NCBI RefSeq assembly: GCF_032062105.1
Contig: NW_026937667.1
Coordinates: 1-64,000 of the forward strand
Length of the DNA stretch: 64,000 bases
Direction: 5' to 3'
DNA from: Saccostrea cucullata
Taxonomy: Eukaryota
Shown: positions 39,150-53,256 of the stretch, piece by piece
Layout of the letters: the number at the start of each line of letters is the position of its first letter
Position numbering within the stretch: the stretch's first letter is position 1
Position numbers and translations under genes: made by a program
The notes under the pieces: generated by a model
The model's input: only the letters and a program-made list of their open reading frames with translations
What the model was told of the DNA's origin: nothing
Databases searched by the model: none

Positions 39150-41290
39150 GAGAGCATAATACACACAGCCTTGGAAGTTTCAAAGTTGGGATCATGTGCA
39201 AAGGAAGAGTAAGTACCCCTTGTTGTCTAATCGTACTCCACCGTGAGACCTTTGTATTGATTAAGTAGACGGAAATTTCCGTAGTTTATGTTAGTGTATT
39301 TAAATGCAGTATAAAACCAAAAGCCTAGCAGTTAGTCTGAAAATGTCAGCCAGAGTATGATTACATGATAGGTTAATATGTTTGCTTACATGTTCAGAGC
39401 AACCATGAAATGATGATTTCAATCAAGTTTGTTTAAAACCCTTTAACACAATCTTATATGTCAGTAGCCTGCCTCTGTTCAAAAAATGAACATACTCGGC
39501 GCATGCTCTTGAGTATCGCAAAAGTTTGGAGATGTAAACATCATATACATGGGATTTGGGGATGCTACTACATAGATAAGGAAAGTTAACAACGGGAAAA
39601 TTGAAGCCATTTCATTTGTCAGCCAATTTTAATGTTAGTTAGCCCTTATATCTTTAAAATCAGTTAAGCCACCAGATATGAAGCAGATGTGGTATACTCT
39701 TTGGTGAAGGCCACGACAAATGGGATTTTTTTTTTTGGTCTTTTCAAGTAGAAGTCTTTGAATAAATTCTACTTCATGGGAGTATTAAAACAGGCCAGCT
39801 ACTAAAAGAATATACAATTAATGACCATTGATATCAACAGTTTCAGTTTGTTGGAAGACCTTGTCTCCAAAGACAATATAAATGCTGTCAATGAGGAACT
39901 CTGGACAGTATCCTTTTAGAAACTTCAGTCTACTTGTAAGTGGAATAAATTAAGTGATTTTTAACAAGGTAATTTTGTTAATGGCCAATCACACGATAAG
40001 ATACTTTTCGGCTTTCATTTTTATTGAAGAAGCAGTTTTCTATGATATCACATAACTTTATTGTGAGGGATGGTTTTATAAAGTGTTTTAAAAAGACGTA
40101 CGCTTTAATTTTACCGACTTCTAAAAATTTTGACGATTGTGCATTTTATAAAAGTTCTCAGGTGTTTTTGAGAATCCACATCTGATGCCTGTTCAACAGA
40201 GCGAACGTTCACGAGCGCTCGCCAGAATTCCTTATACCTCCAATAGAAATGTTTGCGAGCGCTCGCTCTGTTGAACAAGCCTATTATTTACAGCAATTTT
40301 GAAATATATTGTAGAACAGTACGTCTAAAGTTCCTCTGTTAGCGTAATTAATATCTTTGAAATGAGTAAGGAAAGGGGCTAGGTAGAGAATTGCTAGACT
40401 TTGCAATGTATCTACGTTTGTGAGTATTTTGATGAAGTTAAGGATTCAAATATAAGTAGGGTAGATCGAACTAATGACGGTTGACCAGAATGCTAAAAGT
40501 TTTAAATCTGGAATATAATTTCAAAGAAGTTTTTCTTTAGAGAGTGAAGTGTGAACATATAAGTTGGATTTCCAAAAGAAGAAGTAAAACCTAAAGTTCC
40601 TCTAAATAATAATATATTATATTAGTATTCAAATGAATAAGAATTTATTAAAAAACTCTTCCTCTGGTAGTCAAATGAACATTATCATCGTTTAACAATA
40701 GATACTTTCATTCATATGTCGATTCGATATATTCCATTGAACCTGAAATAAAAATATACCACAGAGTCTGATATATCTGTTTCATATTTGCATATTTTAC
40801 TAGAATAAGACGTTAATGGATATCCTAACAATGAAACTTCATGATAAACCTGATGACTTCAACTTTTCATTGTATTCGTCTATTACTTATGTTCAATGTA
40901 GCAATATACCATTACACATGCACACGGATTCGTGTCTCCCAGTTGACTCGATTTGTGGGAGCATGCTCTATGTACGACCAATTTTTAAAATGAGACAAGC
41001 TATAAACCAACAAGTTGAATAAACGAGAATATATAAGTTCCATGGTCGATATAATGACCTTTACAGCAATTTATCATTAAGTCAAATGCTGACTGACGTT
41101 TTTGGTACTAATTGTCGAGTCGTTCTTAACACACTTAAATATCTACAGATTTTTCTGTTCACCCGATCATGACAAAGAGCACACGACGGATGTGACCGTT
41201 CCACAGTGAATGATTACTCCTCGACAGGGGCACCTGATCCCGCGTCTCATATCATTGGAGGTCTGCTCGGCTTCCAATTTGTATTGATTT
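39150..41290. mobile_element. Decayed Naiad-type Penelope fragments in inverted arrangement (~39150-40560 on -, ~40670-41290 on +)
   Basis: Both arms align with 42287-43501 (KL.DK.DDFNFS, SNIP and the 3' UTR motif). A small hairpin insertion lies at about 40187-40281. Confidence 0.65.
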
Positions 41291-42286
41291 AAAGGACTAT
41301 GAACTTGATTCTATTGAAAATAATTTGAATTTTCTAAACAGTACAAAATATATCTCCGTTAACGTACTCACTAACTTTTCTTACACTTTTTCCTCCCTAA
41401 ATTTTGATTCAACTGATTTTGATTTTTCAGTATAGGTTACATAATTAATGTCGAGTAAGTACATTGTACTGAATACTAGGATAGTAGTATACAGTTTCAT
41501 AAAATGTTGAAATCGAGGGCGAGACTTCCTTTCTTCATAAAACAGTATATCCAATAACAAGAGACCTCCATGATGTAAACAACTTGTCACATATCTGATT
41601 ACGCCTGTGTCATGAGATAAAATTTGCAATCGGACAGGTCGGAGGTTATAAAAAAGGCTGTCAAGTTACTTTCTACAACCATCAATTGAAATTTTTTTTC
41701 TTGTAATTGTACCTCGTTAATTTTTTTTCAATCATATTACATTTTGCAAAGACATTTTACAAAGACAACAAACGAGCAATTATTTAGTGAAATAAAACTA
41801 AACATATTGGTCCTGCAAAACTGTAAATGTTATGTTCACTTACCTATGTCTCGAAATCTAAATGATGAAAAGAAAAATTAAATGCCATGCCTAATTAGCA
41901 ATTACAATGTTTCATTGTGTGCAATTACATGTAGTTGAATAAAAAAAATACAGGATAAACATGTGCATAACTTTATTTGTTATTTACATACTGAACATCA
42001 TTACTCCAAGTGCAGTTGCATGCTGTTGTTCTTAAAAGTTGCAAATTGTTACGAAACTGTTCTTAGTGTAGGATATGATACATTCCCGCATAACGTAGCC
42101 AGTACATATACTCTAGATTCGTCCAAAACGGCGACTTTCATCGCTATGGTTTATTTCAGATAGAGGACTTAAACAAATGGAACAGTGACACAATAACGTT
42201 TGATCAGGTGATTATACCCATTTCTTTATTTCAATCAGAATATTAAAAACAGTGAATCAGTGATATAATAGTGTCAACCAATATAT

Positions 42287-43501
42287 GAAGGATATGGAGA
42301 TAACGAACAGTATTCAATCTCAACGTCCATTAAACAATATACAAAATAAGAGCAGAGTAAACACGGACCTCCGAAACATCAGAGGTGGGATCACGTGCTA
42401 TGGAGGAGTGAGCATCCCCTGCCGACCGGTCACACCCGCCGTGTGCTCGTTTTCATGATCAGGAAATAACGGAAAAAATCCGTCGTCAATTCAGTGTATA
42501 AATAATGGAGAAACAATTGGTATGAAGAACGTCAGTCAGCATTTGACTCAATGATAAATTGTATTTGCTGACAAGGTCATTGTATTGACCATAGAATTTA
42601 CGAAATGATGACTTTAAACGAGACTGTTGATATACTTGTTTCATCAACTTGCATGTCAATAATTTACCTCGTTTAAGAAATTGTTCATACATAGAGCATG
42701 CTCTTGCATATCGAATCAACTGAGATATATATACTCCGTATGCAGGTGATGAAGGTATATTGCTGCATAAGTAAGGGAAGTTGACGATAGAAAACTTAAA
42801 GTCATCACGTTTATCATATACCTTAGTTGTTAGATTACCATTAGTGTCTTTTTCAAGTAAAATATCCAAGTATGAAGCAGAAGTGTCAGACTCTTGGTAT
42901 CTTTTATCTCAAGCTCACCAGGATATATCGTATCGACGTAGGAATGGAAATTATCATTATTAATAGACAATACGTCGTCGATATATCTAAATGTCGAGTT
43001 GAAGGCCACAGCAAGTGTTTTCTTCTTTTCACGCATAAGATTTTGTATAAATTCTGCTTCATATGAATATAAAAATAACTCTGCTAATAACGGAGCGCAA
43101 TTTTACCCATGGGAATTCCAATAGATTGTTGGAATACCTGGTCTCCAAAAACCACATAGATATTGTCAATCAGAAACCCAAGCATTTTCTTGATGTCAAC
43201 TTCAGAGTACTTATGTGTGCAATCAGAATCTGTTTTAACAAAATAATTTTTAAAATGACCAATGACGAGGTAAGTAAATTTACGAGTTACATTTTTGTTG
43301 AAGAAGCAGCTGTCAATGATATCAAAAAGCCTGGATTTTAATTTGTCGTGGGGAATCGTTGTGTATAAAGTTGAAAAGTCGTAAGTTTTTAAGCTGTTGA
43401 TTTTTGTAAAGTCTTGTGATTTCAAATTGTCCAAAAGTTCTTTAGAATTTTTAAGTATCCACATCTGATTTACACCACTTCTTGAATATATAGTTGCACA
43501 G
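42287..43501 (-). mobile_element. 5'-truncated Penelope-like retroelement, Naiad-type (C-terminal RT), frameshifted
   Basis: KTYDFSTLYT (motif A), QQSIGIPMG (B'), FRYIDD (C), YDKRDDF.FSIVNFP..SNIPSSPAYGVYISQLIRYAR. The ORF ends with no C-terminal GIY-YIG. TATAT is duplicated at the flanks and the empty site is at about 24185. Confidence 0.85.
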
Positions 43502-43664
43502 TATATCTGAGAAGTTTTTAAATCAGGAGTGATTACTTAAAAAAAAATATCAAGGAACTTTAAGAAATTTTGAAATCTAAAAACTTTACCTAATTCAACT
43601 ACCATTCTAAGAGTATTGCATAAGAAATATATGTCTCTACCGGATTTCCTTTTTCTGTTTAGGA

Positions 43665-43972
43665 TACAAGCTCGTCTGGAATATTAATTTAATGCACCAC
43701 GATCCCGATCGTTAGCGCAATTATAAAAAATTAAAATGCCATAATAGCGTCAAAAATCAAGGATACGGAAAGAAATTCAAATGTGATCTGTAACTCATCA
43801 CGGTGCACTTATATACCAAAAATTAAGCTCAATATCTGGAAGCGTTTAAAAAAAATGTGGAAAACAAAGTGCGACAGACTGAGATGGAGGGACAGACAGC
43901 TAAACAGATGGACGGACAGACTCAGAGGAAACCCATACCCCCATACGGTTTCACCGGTAGAGGACTAATAAA
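43665..43972 (-). mobile_element. HINE-like element
   Basis: (GACA/GGAC)n tract, terminal inverted repeat CCCCATACGGT..ACCGGTAGAGG, A-rich end. Absent from copy A. Confidence 0.6.
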
Positions 43973-45668
43973 ATTGAAACGTACGTCTTCTCAACTCTTA
44001 ATACAACCATTAACCATTAAAAAAATTAAAATCCAGGCATTCATACATCATAGACAGTTGCATAATCATTATAAATGATACTCTCTTAAATTAAATGAAT
44101 TAACGAGTCATTTTAATTAGGCAAACGTGTTTCGTAAATATTATCCTGATTGAATACACAAATGCATGAAGTGTCAAAGTGTTCACTATAGTAAATCAAA
44201 GTGTCAAAGTGTTCACTATAATAAATCTAAGTTTTCATAGTGTCAAAGTGTTCACTATAGATAACTGTAATATTTTTTTGCTAGGGCTATCCGGCCGCTG
44301 ATGTTTAAGAGGTACCAGTTTGTTTTCCTCCCAGTATGTATTGTTTAAAGGGATTTTTGAATTTCATTACTAATCATTAAATTTATATCCCATCAAAGAG
44401 TACTAAAATGCATTATCTAGGCATTCTGTGAACAAACTACAAACAATGTGATTATGGATAGAACGTCTCTATTGTATTGAAGATATTGAATAAACTGGGG
44501 TGTTAGAAGTTGAGAAAATCACATGTTACCCTGTTTACTTTTATAAAATAATCAAAATTACACCCAATCGTTTTATATTATTATATATATGCATAGCTAT
44601 TTAGAGCCATGTTAAAGTTCTGGATTGACAATAACTGCAGAAAATCTATTTGTAAATAAAATCTTTCCTAGTTTCCATATAATATTCTTAGAAATATTTT
44701 AGATTCCTTAAATCATATTTTGAAACAATAAGAACTGAATGATGAAATCAATATCTACATAAGAAAATTTAATTTGTGCCATAAAAGTCATCTAAGTTGA
44801 CTCATTATTCTTTTTTTTTTAATAAACAGTAATATATTTTATCTATTTTATCTTCTCAGGTAAGTAATATTTAATTTCAATAAACAGGATTCATAAATAT
44901 AATGCAACTGTTTCCATAATATTTCTTACTAAAATTAAAGAAAAAAACTTTAACAAAATCGACCCGTTTTTATTCTAAATAAGAAGGAAGAGAAAAAAAA
45001 TTCTGCAGTTCTAATACTTTTTAAATCTTTTTTCCTCTATATAATCTTAAAATAAAAAAACAGTTTATCTCTAAATTCTGATAAAGATGCCATCGATGTT
45101 TTAAGCTTAATGTATCTTGAGCATGATAAATAAACTTTAAAAGGTTTAGCTTTTTTGAAACAGATTTTGATAATGTCTTTTGTATAATGTATTTGCCATG
45201 CTCTTCTGATTTTTTTATGGTAAGAACCATTAGAGGACGATTCTATCCATCAGGCCTGGATGCAGGATCATAAAACATCTTCAGCTGAAGTAAAAAAATT
45301 CATATCATACTAGAATTTGATTAAGTCAAGTAGACAAAAATTAAAATATTTTTTTAATATTGCTTCACCAAAGTGTTGTTATCTGCAAAATTAGAGATTC
45401 TTTCAATAATTAATAAACATTTTACAGGCGATAAAAATTTGACTTAAGTCTAAGTCTGTTTCATGATCCTGGGATCTGGTGATGATATGCGTCATTGGTA
45501 AAGAAAACGCATTTGTATTTTAAAGTTTAATGTAACCAATATAACTTTTTGATTATTAACCTTTGCAATAATTGAATTTTTATCCTAAGCATTTCAATTG
45601 CAAAATGTATTGAAGGAAATAAAGTGTTCAATCATATTCCTGATCGGTACGACCCCGATCTAGGAAAT

Positions 45669-46274
45669 ACGTTCAAACTGAAAAGCAATATTGCCTTTGT
45701 GTTACTTATTCTGAATATCGTACAAGTGCAGTGCCTTTCCATATTTACGGACAACAGTGGTCAGAATATCAATCAACTGGACACAGATGACTCCGATTCG
45801 AAAAATGTGGATGTATTTGGGTAACTTTTGAACCAAGAAGGATCATAAGAATAGCATTGGCTAAAAATGAATACTCACTGATGAAGGACATAGTCACCCT
45901 GAAACAAGGTATGGAGACATTAAAAACTTTACCGCAAAAAAGGAAATAGAACTGACAGCATGGCAACAAGAAATGAACGAACTAGAACGAGAAAATGAGA
46001 AGATCAAACTTAAAAAGAGAAAATATGAAGATACTTTCAATAACGTAATGGACAACTTTACACAACTCAGCGATGATTTCCAAAGGGGTTTAGTACAGGT
46101 CAAAGAGAAAAGAATAGATTTTGAGAATACGAGCACAATACTTGGCGACTTGAGGGTTGAAGTCCGTATTATGTCAGTAACTTTGCCTGATTTGAATAAA
46201 CACGCCTTCGAGAAGTATTCTAGAAATGATCCAGGAAAAGTAAGAAATATTGTCAATGACATTGAATACGTCAC
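45669..46274 (+). pseudogene. C1qDC exon 1 pseudogene (copy B), with no downstream exons found
   Basis: Probable start mutated to ACG, signal-like NIAFVLLILNIVQVQC, TAA in place of Q in the QLLNQE motif (45822), frameshifts, no intact donor. Confidence 0.7.
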
Positions 46275-46582
46275 AGGATGATATATATAAAAATACATGG
46301 TTATTATCTTAAAATATATGCGATATTTGGGCGAGGGTAAGAAAACGTGATAGAGGGCAAGGTTTGCCAAGCAAGCCTCGCCCCCTTTCACGTTTTCGAC
46401 CCTGATTGGATAAAAGATTTAATTTATATTGTATCACATAACTTGGTCACGTCATAATGAGCTACGACAAAAACGCTTATAGTCCGCTTGACGTTAATTC
46501 TAGAATTTACTCAGTTTGAAGCCATTTTTGGAAGAAAAAGTATCTCTTTGTCTACACTGAAATCATAAGGAATGAAGCTTAA

Positions 46583-47607
46583 GGGGATGAAGGACCTTTA
46601 GCTGAAAAAATACCTGTGATTCAATTTTTTTCATATTTTGTATCTCTCTTATTTAGTATGTCCTACATACCTTAAAGCAGATATATCAAAAGGTTTCTAG
46701 ATTTATTTCTGAGATATTGGGTGACAAATACTATGCCCCACAGTGTCTGAGTGAAGTTTTGATTCTCCGCATTTCTGGGCCCATTACTCGGTCCATAATG
46801 GAATTTTTCAGCCTAGATAAAAAATATGTCCGCGAACATGTGTCTTTTAAAATATCTCAGAGTATGAATAGGGTTAAAAATTCGAAAAAGCAAGATTCTT
46901 TTGTCACAATGCATCTGGAGACGGAAAATTACGTTCTTTTTAAGACAACTTAAACGACAAAAAAATTAATTTACAAAAAATCCTATCATTCAATATTTGA
47001 AAAATTACTTCGATGCAAGTTCGTCATGTTATTGATTAATTGCAAAAATATTGATTGGTGAAGCTGAGCTCAATATTGCACAGGGCATAGTTAAACAAGA
47101 CATGAGCATGAGAAAAACGTGTCATGTTTACATTTCTCGAGTACGGGAAAACCCTACTATGACGTCACACATTTGCGAAATAAGCTAAGTAAGACATAAC
47201 TACAATATATTTCCGTCAACAACCATGTAAAAATATTTTTTGTTTTCTGTAATTCATAAAATATCCCACCATGTACTGATCATGACCCGTTTTTATGATA
47301 TTATACTACCCGTGTTTTACCTTGTATAATCTTACTGTACTAAGATCCACTATGACGTCAGCGACTCGTTGGTCGCGCAGTGTAGGGAAACATAAGAGTG
47401 GATCAATCTATTTCGTAATTTGAAAATATTTGCAAAAAAGTTTGAATTTGAATGTTTTTAGATATTTTTTTTATACAAGATGGTGAACTCAAACAAACAG
47501 TCATTTTTTTTTCTAAACACTGTGGTTTCAATCTGGTTTTTTGCATATTTTATAAGAGATTATGACGTAATTAAACTGAGTGATGTGACCATACATCCTT
47601 CGTCCCC
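46583..47607. mobile_element. Kolobok-like MITE
   Basis: TTAA-GGGGATGAAGGA...TCCTTCGTCCCC-TTAA. Confidence 0.65.
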
Positions 47608-47661
47608 TTAATGTAACATATGTTATTCGATACATGTATATACATAACTTGGTCCAAGTTA

Positions 47662-47868
47662 CTGTGGTTTCATCAATTTTCGTTGACATCAAATTTCGTG
47701 GATTTTGTAAAACAGACGTTTTCGAGGATACGTAATTTCGTGGACAAAAGCATTGCCTATACAAATAAATGTCATATTTCGTAATTCAATGAACATTAGA
47801 ATTCGTGGATCTAATCAACAACGAAATCCACGAAAATTGGTGCTCAACGAATATTGATGAAACCACAG
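47662..47868. mobile_element. TA-flanked MITE
   Basis: TA-CTGTGGTTTCATCAAT.TTCGTTGA...TCAACGAATATTGATGAAACCACAG-TA. Confidence 0.8.
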
Positions 47869-49879
47869 TATGTTTTATCGTATATTATAGGTTAAGATTA
47901 GCTTCATTCCTTAAATATACTTAAGGTATACATTTCTTTTTTTTATAGTAAATAGACACTTGAGCAATAATTTAGAGTACACATTACATATACACTACTT
48001 GTTAGTCCATTATTTATACGCTGAATTGACGACGGATTTTCCAGATCATGAGCAAACGGCGGGTGTGACCAGTCGTCAGGGGATGCTCACTCCTCTACGG
48101 TACCTGATCCCAACTCTGATGTTTCGCAGGTCCGTGTTTGCTCTGCTCCTGTTTTGTATTGTTTTATGAACTTTTGATCTTGAATACTATTCAATATCTC
48201 TATATGTTTCATATATATATAGAATTGAATTAGAATTATAAATACGCGTGTTCATGCAGTGAAGTTAAATATACTGGCTATTAAAAGGAGATGGGATAAT
48301 AAGGCGTCAGAATGCCCAAAGCTTCAGATATATAAAATCATATTCAATTTGTGAAAATAGAATTTAGAGTTAATTTTTCATTATTGAAATTTTGATAAAC
48401 AAAACCTTTCTGAGAAAAATTTTCTCGAAAAAAAATTATTCCAGACCTGTTATTGTAAATGGTATTCGTGGAGTTCGAATTCCTTGCAATAAAAACATTG
48501 AGTATCACCATAGGCATTTGAGGGCTGGACCTCCCCCCCCCCCCTCCATTTTTTCTTTCTAAATCTGTGATTGACACATATATTGGTAGTATAATGAGCA
48601 TTACTTGATACATGTATTGATAATGTAGCCCTTTTGTTTCTATAACACTGTTTGAATATATCGTTTTAGACTGATACAGTCGAAAATGATATTACTACAC
48701 ATCTCCTGATGAAAAGTGGAGTGGACTCATAACGAAATTTTAAAAGTATTTCTCCGAAAAAAAAAATCGAATGTTGTGTCATAGAAATGTATTTTAAAGG
48801 ATAGTGGGTCTTGGCTCCATGTTTTTGTTAACAAAAAATGTACATTTTACGCAAACTTACGCATGTATGCTATTTTATTGGCAAATAATTTTAATCTTTG
48901 TAAGATTTTTGCAAATTGTGGAGATTCTTCAAAAGAGATTAATGTTAGATGAAAGGAACTTGAGTTATAATTGAATTTTTTTTATTTCACCTTCATATTT
49001 GTAGCACCATAGGATTAGCTTGCCATATTCGACTCTTTTTCCGTAGTAGTACAAATAAGTTCAGATTAACAAAGATCTGTTGTGTAAGAAATTGGATTAA
49101 TAAGTAATTAGAATTAAGTTTCTCGTTTTTTTTTTTTTTCAAAAGTATACCTATTTTTCTTGTAGAAGTTGAAAGTACGCGCAGTTTCCCTGTGAAATCT
49201 GTGGAAAGACTTACTCAACAAAATCAAATTTAAACAAATATAAAATGTGTCCTTTATCAGAATCTTATTGATCATTGTGGTAAAATCTTTGCTACAAAGC
49301 ACTATTTGTCGAATCATTTAAAAAGACAGTTCCAATTTAAATTCATATACCAGGATCTAAACAATTAAAACAGAGCAGATTTTAAGAATTACGATTGATA
49401 TACAATGACTAAAAATTATTCCTTCCCCCAGCCTCCACTAAAATCTTTACACCCTAGTTCCACACACTTAAATTGAAGTCTGTCCCCTTTATTTGAGGTG
49501 GAATTCTCCAACACATTAGAGTGTCTAGAGCAAAATCATATTTAGAAGTCCCTCACATAAGTCAAATGAAGCTAAGTGATATATAAGGCACCAATTTTCA
49601 CAAAAGAAACGGTCTTTGCGTTCTTGCATGCTCTTGCCAGATTTTGCAGAAGTGTTCATGTATTTCTAGGACGAGTCCCGAGCAGGGAAACGAGTAACAG
49701 AAAGCTGGGATATCACAGTGTTCCGCCGTAAGTGAATTTTAGGATTATTTTCATCTCAATCACACTGACTATAGGAAAGCTAATCAGGTCAGCGAACATA
49801 GCAAATTCCGCTTCGAATTCTGCGCCCCCATATGTCATCATTCCGCGCCCCCATATGTGGGGTTATGCATGGTGTAATT

Positions 49880-50495
49880 GTTCATTTTTATATGGGAGCA
49901 TCCTAAGGTGGTGTAGATTCTAATTTATTTAAATCATAACCTCCCCCCCCCCCTCGGATTATAGCTGGGCTACAGTAGACGATTAAAATTAAACAAGGGA
50001 GTATATTGGAAAATTTTTCTCTAGAACAGCAAAGCCATGATTGGTCATATTTATATGGAAGCATCCTACAATAGTGTAGATTCAAATTTGTTCAAACCAT
50101 GTCCTTATGGAAAAGGTGAGACCAAAATGGACAATCGAAGTTTTACATAGAAATAAATAGGAAAATTCTTTTTAAAAAGTCTTCTTCTCCAGAACAGCAA
50201 AATCTTGATTGGTCATATTTATACGGAAGCATCCTCAGGTTGTGCAGATCAGATTTGTTCAAATCAAGACCCCGAGGTGTAGGGTGACATCACAATGAAA
50301 GTTCAAACATATAGGGGAAAAGCCAAAGTTATGAAATTTTAAGCATCCTTAGTTAGTTTTGATTCAACGCATGTTTTTTAAAATCATAAACACCTTTCAG
50401 GAGAGGGTCAGGAGCATTTAAGCTTATTAATGCTGAATTCCTTTTCCTAGTCGAGTTCCCAGTCGAGTTATGTGGCCCATAAGTCTATTATTTAA
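49880..50495 (+). repeat. HINE with ~165-bp tandem units (oyster Cg170-satellite-like)
   Basis: GCATCCT....TGT.AGAT recurs at 49898, 50062 and 50229, with a 3' TGTGGCCCAT end motif. The family assignment is from recall, not from a search. Confidence 0.55.
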
Positions 50496-50787
50496 TTATT
50501 TTTTGAGGACATTTAATAACTTAGCCGGGTGTGTGTGTGTGTTCAAGTTCTGATTTATTCAACCAAGTTTGCTATAAACCATTCTCTGGTCTGTAGGATT
50601 CAAGTATGTTAAAATGAAGAGCTACGCCCTCTAAAAGAAAAATACGTGTATCCTAAAAAAGAGTTAAAAAAAATAAGGATCACTTATAGTTCTTTATTTT
50701 CAAAACCAAATGTACCAGAAAGAAAAAAACTTATGCTAGATCTGCATATACATAATTGAGTGTAAGATCATATTTCTTTTATCCTTA

Positions 50788-52899
50788 AGGCCGTGTCCCA
50801 CTGTCACGATTTTTGCTACGATTCCACACGACTTACAAAAAACCATAAATAGCCGACAATCGCCACGCTAGCCTAGAATTTTTTTGACAGAGGGTGATTT
50901 TTTTTTCCAGTGTGTCACGATACGACTACGATGTCTGCTCAACAATATACAAGGCTTATACGATAACAGAACGAGTTTTTGGCGAGTAATGTACGAACAA
51001 AGACGATCAAATAACGAACACAATACGATCTTTATACGAATTAGTACGATAAAAAACGATTTCAAACGATGATCTTACGAATATACCTACAAGTTTGTAC
51101 GATGCATACACGATATTCCCACGAACACTGACGAGTTCTTACGAATATCCTTGGTTTGAGTAGATATATAGAGGGTTGCTTGAAATTCTTAAGCATAATT
51201 TCGAAGTTGTATAATTATGACAGTAGCTACCGTGAGGAGGTTTCAACAACTGCAATATTTGGGGCAACTTGAACAGAATATTGCATAAAATGACAAGGCA
51301 TTTGCCCATTTATCACACAACGGGCATCCACAGAGGCAAAGAAGAAGATACTGGATAAGACCATGGATCACCAGACATACTCAGTATCGATATTTTGTTC
51401 GCTTGATGAAAGAACTTGAAACGGAGGATGTATTAATATTGTCATTCAAAAACTTCCTCAGAGTAGAGCCAGATTTGTTTATAGAGTTTGTAGACAGATT
51501 GAGACCCAGATTACAAAAAATAAGACACATGGTTCAGAAAGGCTTTGGAACCTGGATTAAAGTAGGTCATTACACTTCGGTATTTAGTAACAGGAGAGTC
51601 TTACACAAGTCTTATGAACGGATTTCCAGTTCCACATAATACAATTTCCTTGCTGGTTCGTGAAGTTTGTGAAAGTATAATAGTGGAATATGCTGATGAA
51701 GTAATTGCATGTCCAACAACTACAAATGAGTGACATCAGTTAGCTGAGCAGTTCAGAATTAGATGGACCCTAAACCATGTCCTTGGTGTTTTGCATGGGA
51801 ACATATCAATTGCTATAAAATGCCCCCGAAACGAAGGTTCACTTTATTACGACTACAAAGGGTTCCACTCCCTCATTCTTATGGGCCTTGTTGATGCTGA
51901 TTATAAATTTATTTAGGTTGACGTAGGTGCAAATGGTTCTGCATCAGATGCTTCTGTGTTTAACAACTCAGAATTAAAAGATGTCATCGAAAATCAAAAT
52001 ACTGGTTTTCCAGAAACTGTCCCTCTACCAGAGATAACAGCTACATCCCGTATTTCATCGTGGGTGATGACGCCTTCACTCTCACGACATAGCTTATGAA
52101 TTCAAACTTTTCGCAAGAAGGACTTTGACCAATGAGAAGCGTATATTCAACTATAGACTCAGCAGAGAAATGCGCGTTATAGAAAATGCACTTGGAATAC
52201 TCGCCAAAAGGACTGGGGTCCATAAAACTATGGCGTGTTCACTTTTGATCTGTCTCACTTTGACCAAAGGAATTAATAGAGGAAAAGTTAGACTGAGATC
52301 AAGAATGAACTCATCTAACTTTTATGGCCCCCCAGGCCACTCCACCAAGAACCAGAAACTATTTCATCTATTGTATAAGCATTTTGCTGTCTTCATGATT
52401 TGATGCGAATGAGATTTCCAAATCTCCAAAACGCGTACAATCGTACTATTTCGCAGTTCACTCGCACGGTACTTGTATTGCACTCGGCATCAATCGCCTG
52501 TTTTCGGATCATATTCGCAAGAAATCGTATGGTATTCCTTTTGAGTCGAGAAACACTCGCAAGAACTCGTGGGACACTCGCATTAAATCGTAGAAAACTC
52601 GCAGATCGAAAGTTCTACGAATTTTTGCGAGTGTTCTACGAATGTCAAAGATTTACAACGATTATGTGTACGAGTGTATTGCGATTCCTGTACGATCGCT
52701 TACGGATGATTAAAAATCGTACTGTGGCCACGATTGTTTTGAACATGCTCAAAACAATCGCCTTGTTTGGCGATTTGCTGCGATGAAACACGAGTTAAGA
52801 AGATATCCTACGACTATCTCTACGATGAACGCCGAATTACTGCGATTTTTTAACTCGTACTCTGTCGTAGCCAAAAATCGTGACAGTGTGACACGGGCT
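50788..52899 (+). mobile_element. Decayed PIF/Harbinger transposon
   Basis: TIR AGGCCGTGTCCCACTGTCACGATTTTTGCTACG, TTA/TCA flanks. Disrupted DDE_Tnp_4 transposase at about 51217-52220 (YYDYKGFHS, DADYKF, VGDDAF, FNYRLSR..RVIENALG). Confidence 0.85.
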
Positions 52900-53256
52900 T
52901 CAAGCCCAGGGTGTGGACGCAATGGAAGATCAGAGTTTGAAAATAGAATAAAGAGGACAAATTTAACGATGAACAGAAATATTCGGTCATTTAAATTTTG
53001 AATAAATATAAATGACCCTTTATAAAAGGCAAGCATGTCGGCCACACTTTGTGAGCTACCTACTATTATAAATTGTTTATTTATTTATTATTATATTATA
53101 TATTATATATATTATTAAATAACATTAATTATTCATTTAAGAAAAATTTTTAATAACAAGCCTACTTTTGTTATTCAAATATGATGAATCATGGCCTATG
53201 GGACTAGGGCGGGGATACGAAAGGAATTGTTTTGATGTACAAGTAAAATAAAAAGA

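Noticed and set aside
42287-43501. Selenocysteine-encoding Naiad
   Set aside because: Cys positions I could read (YLCSN, ARACS, NCAP) are normal Cys codons, and the breaks are frameshifts rather than in-frame TGA.
52400-53001. ORFs of 128 and 72 aa as a Harbinger Myb/SANT partner gene
   Set aside because: They lie in TACGA/TCGT-rich subterminal repeats and have no recognisable motif.
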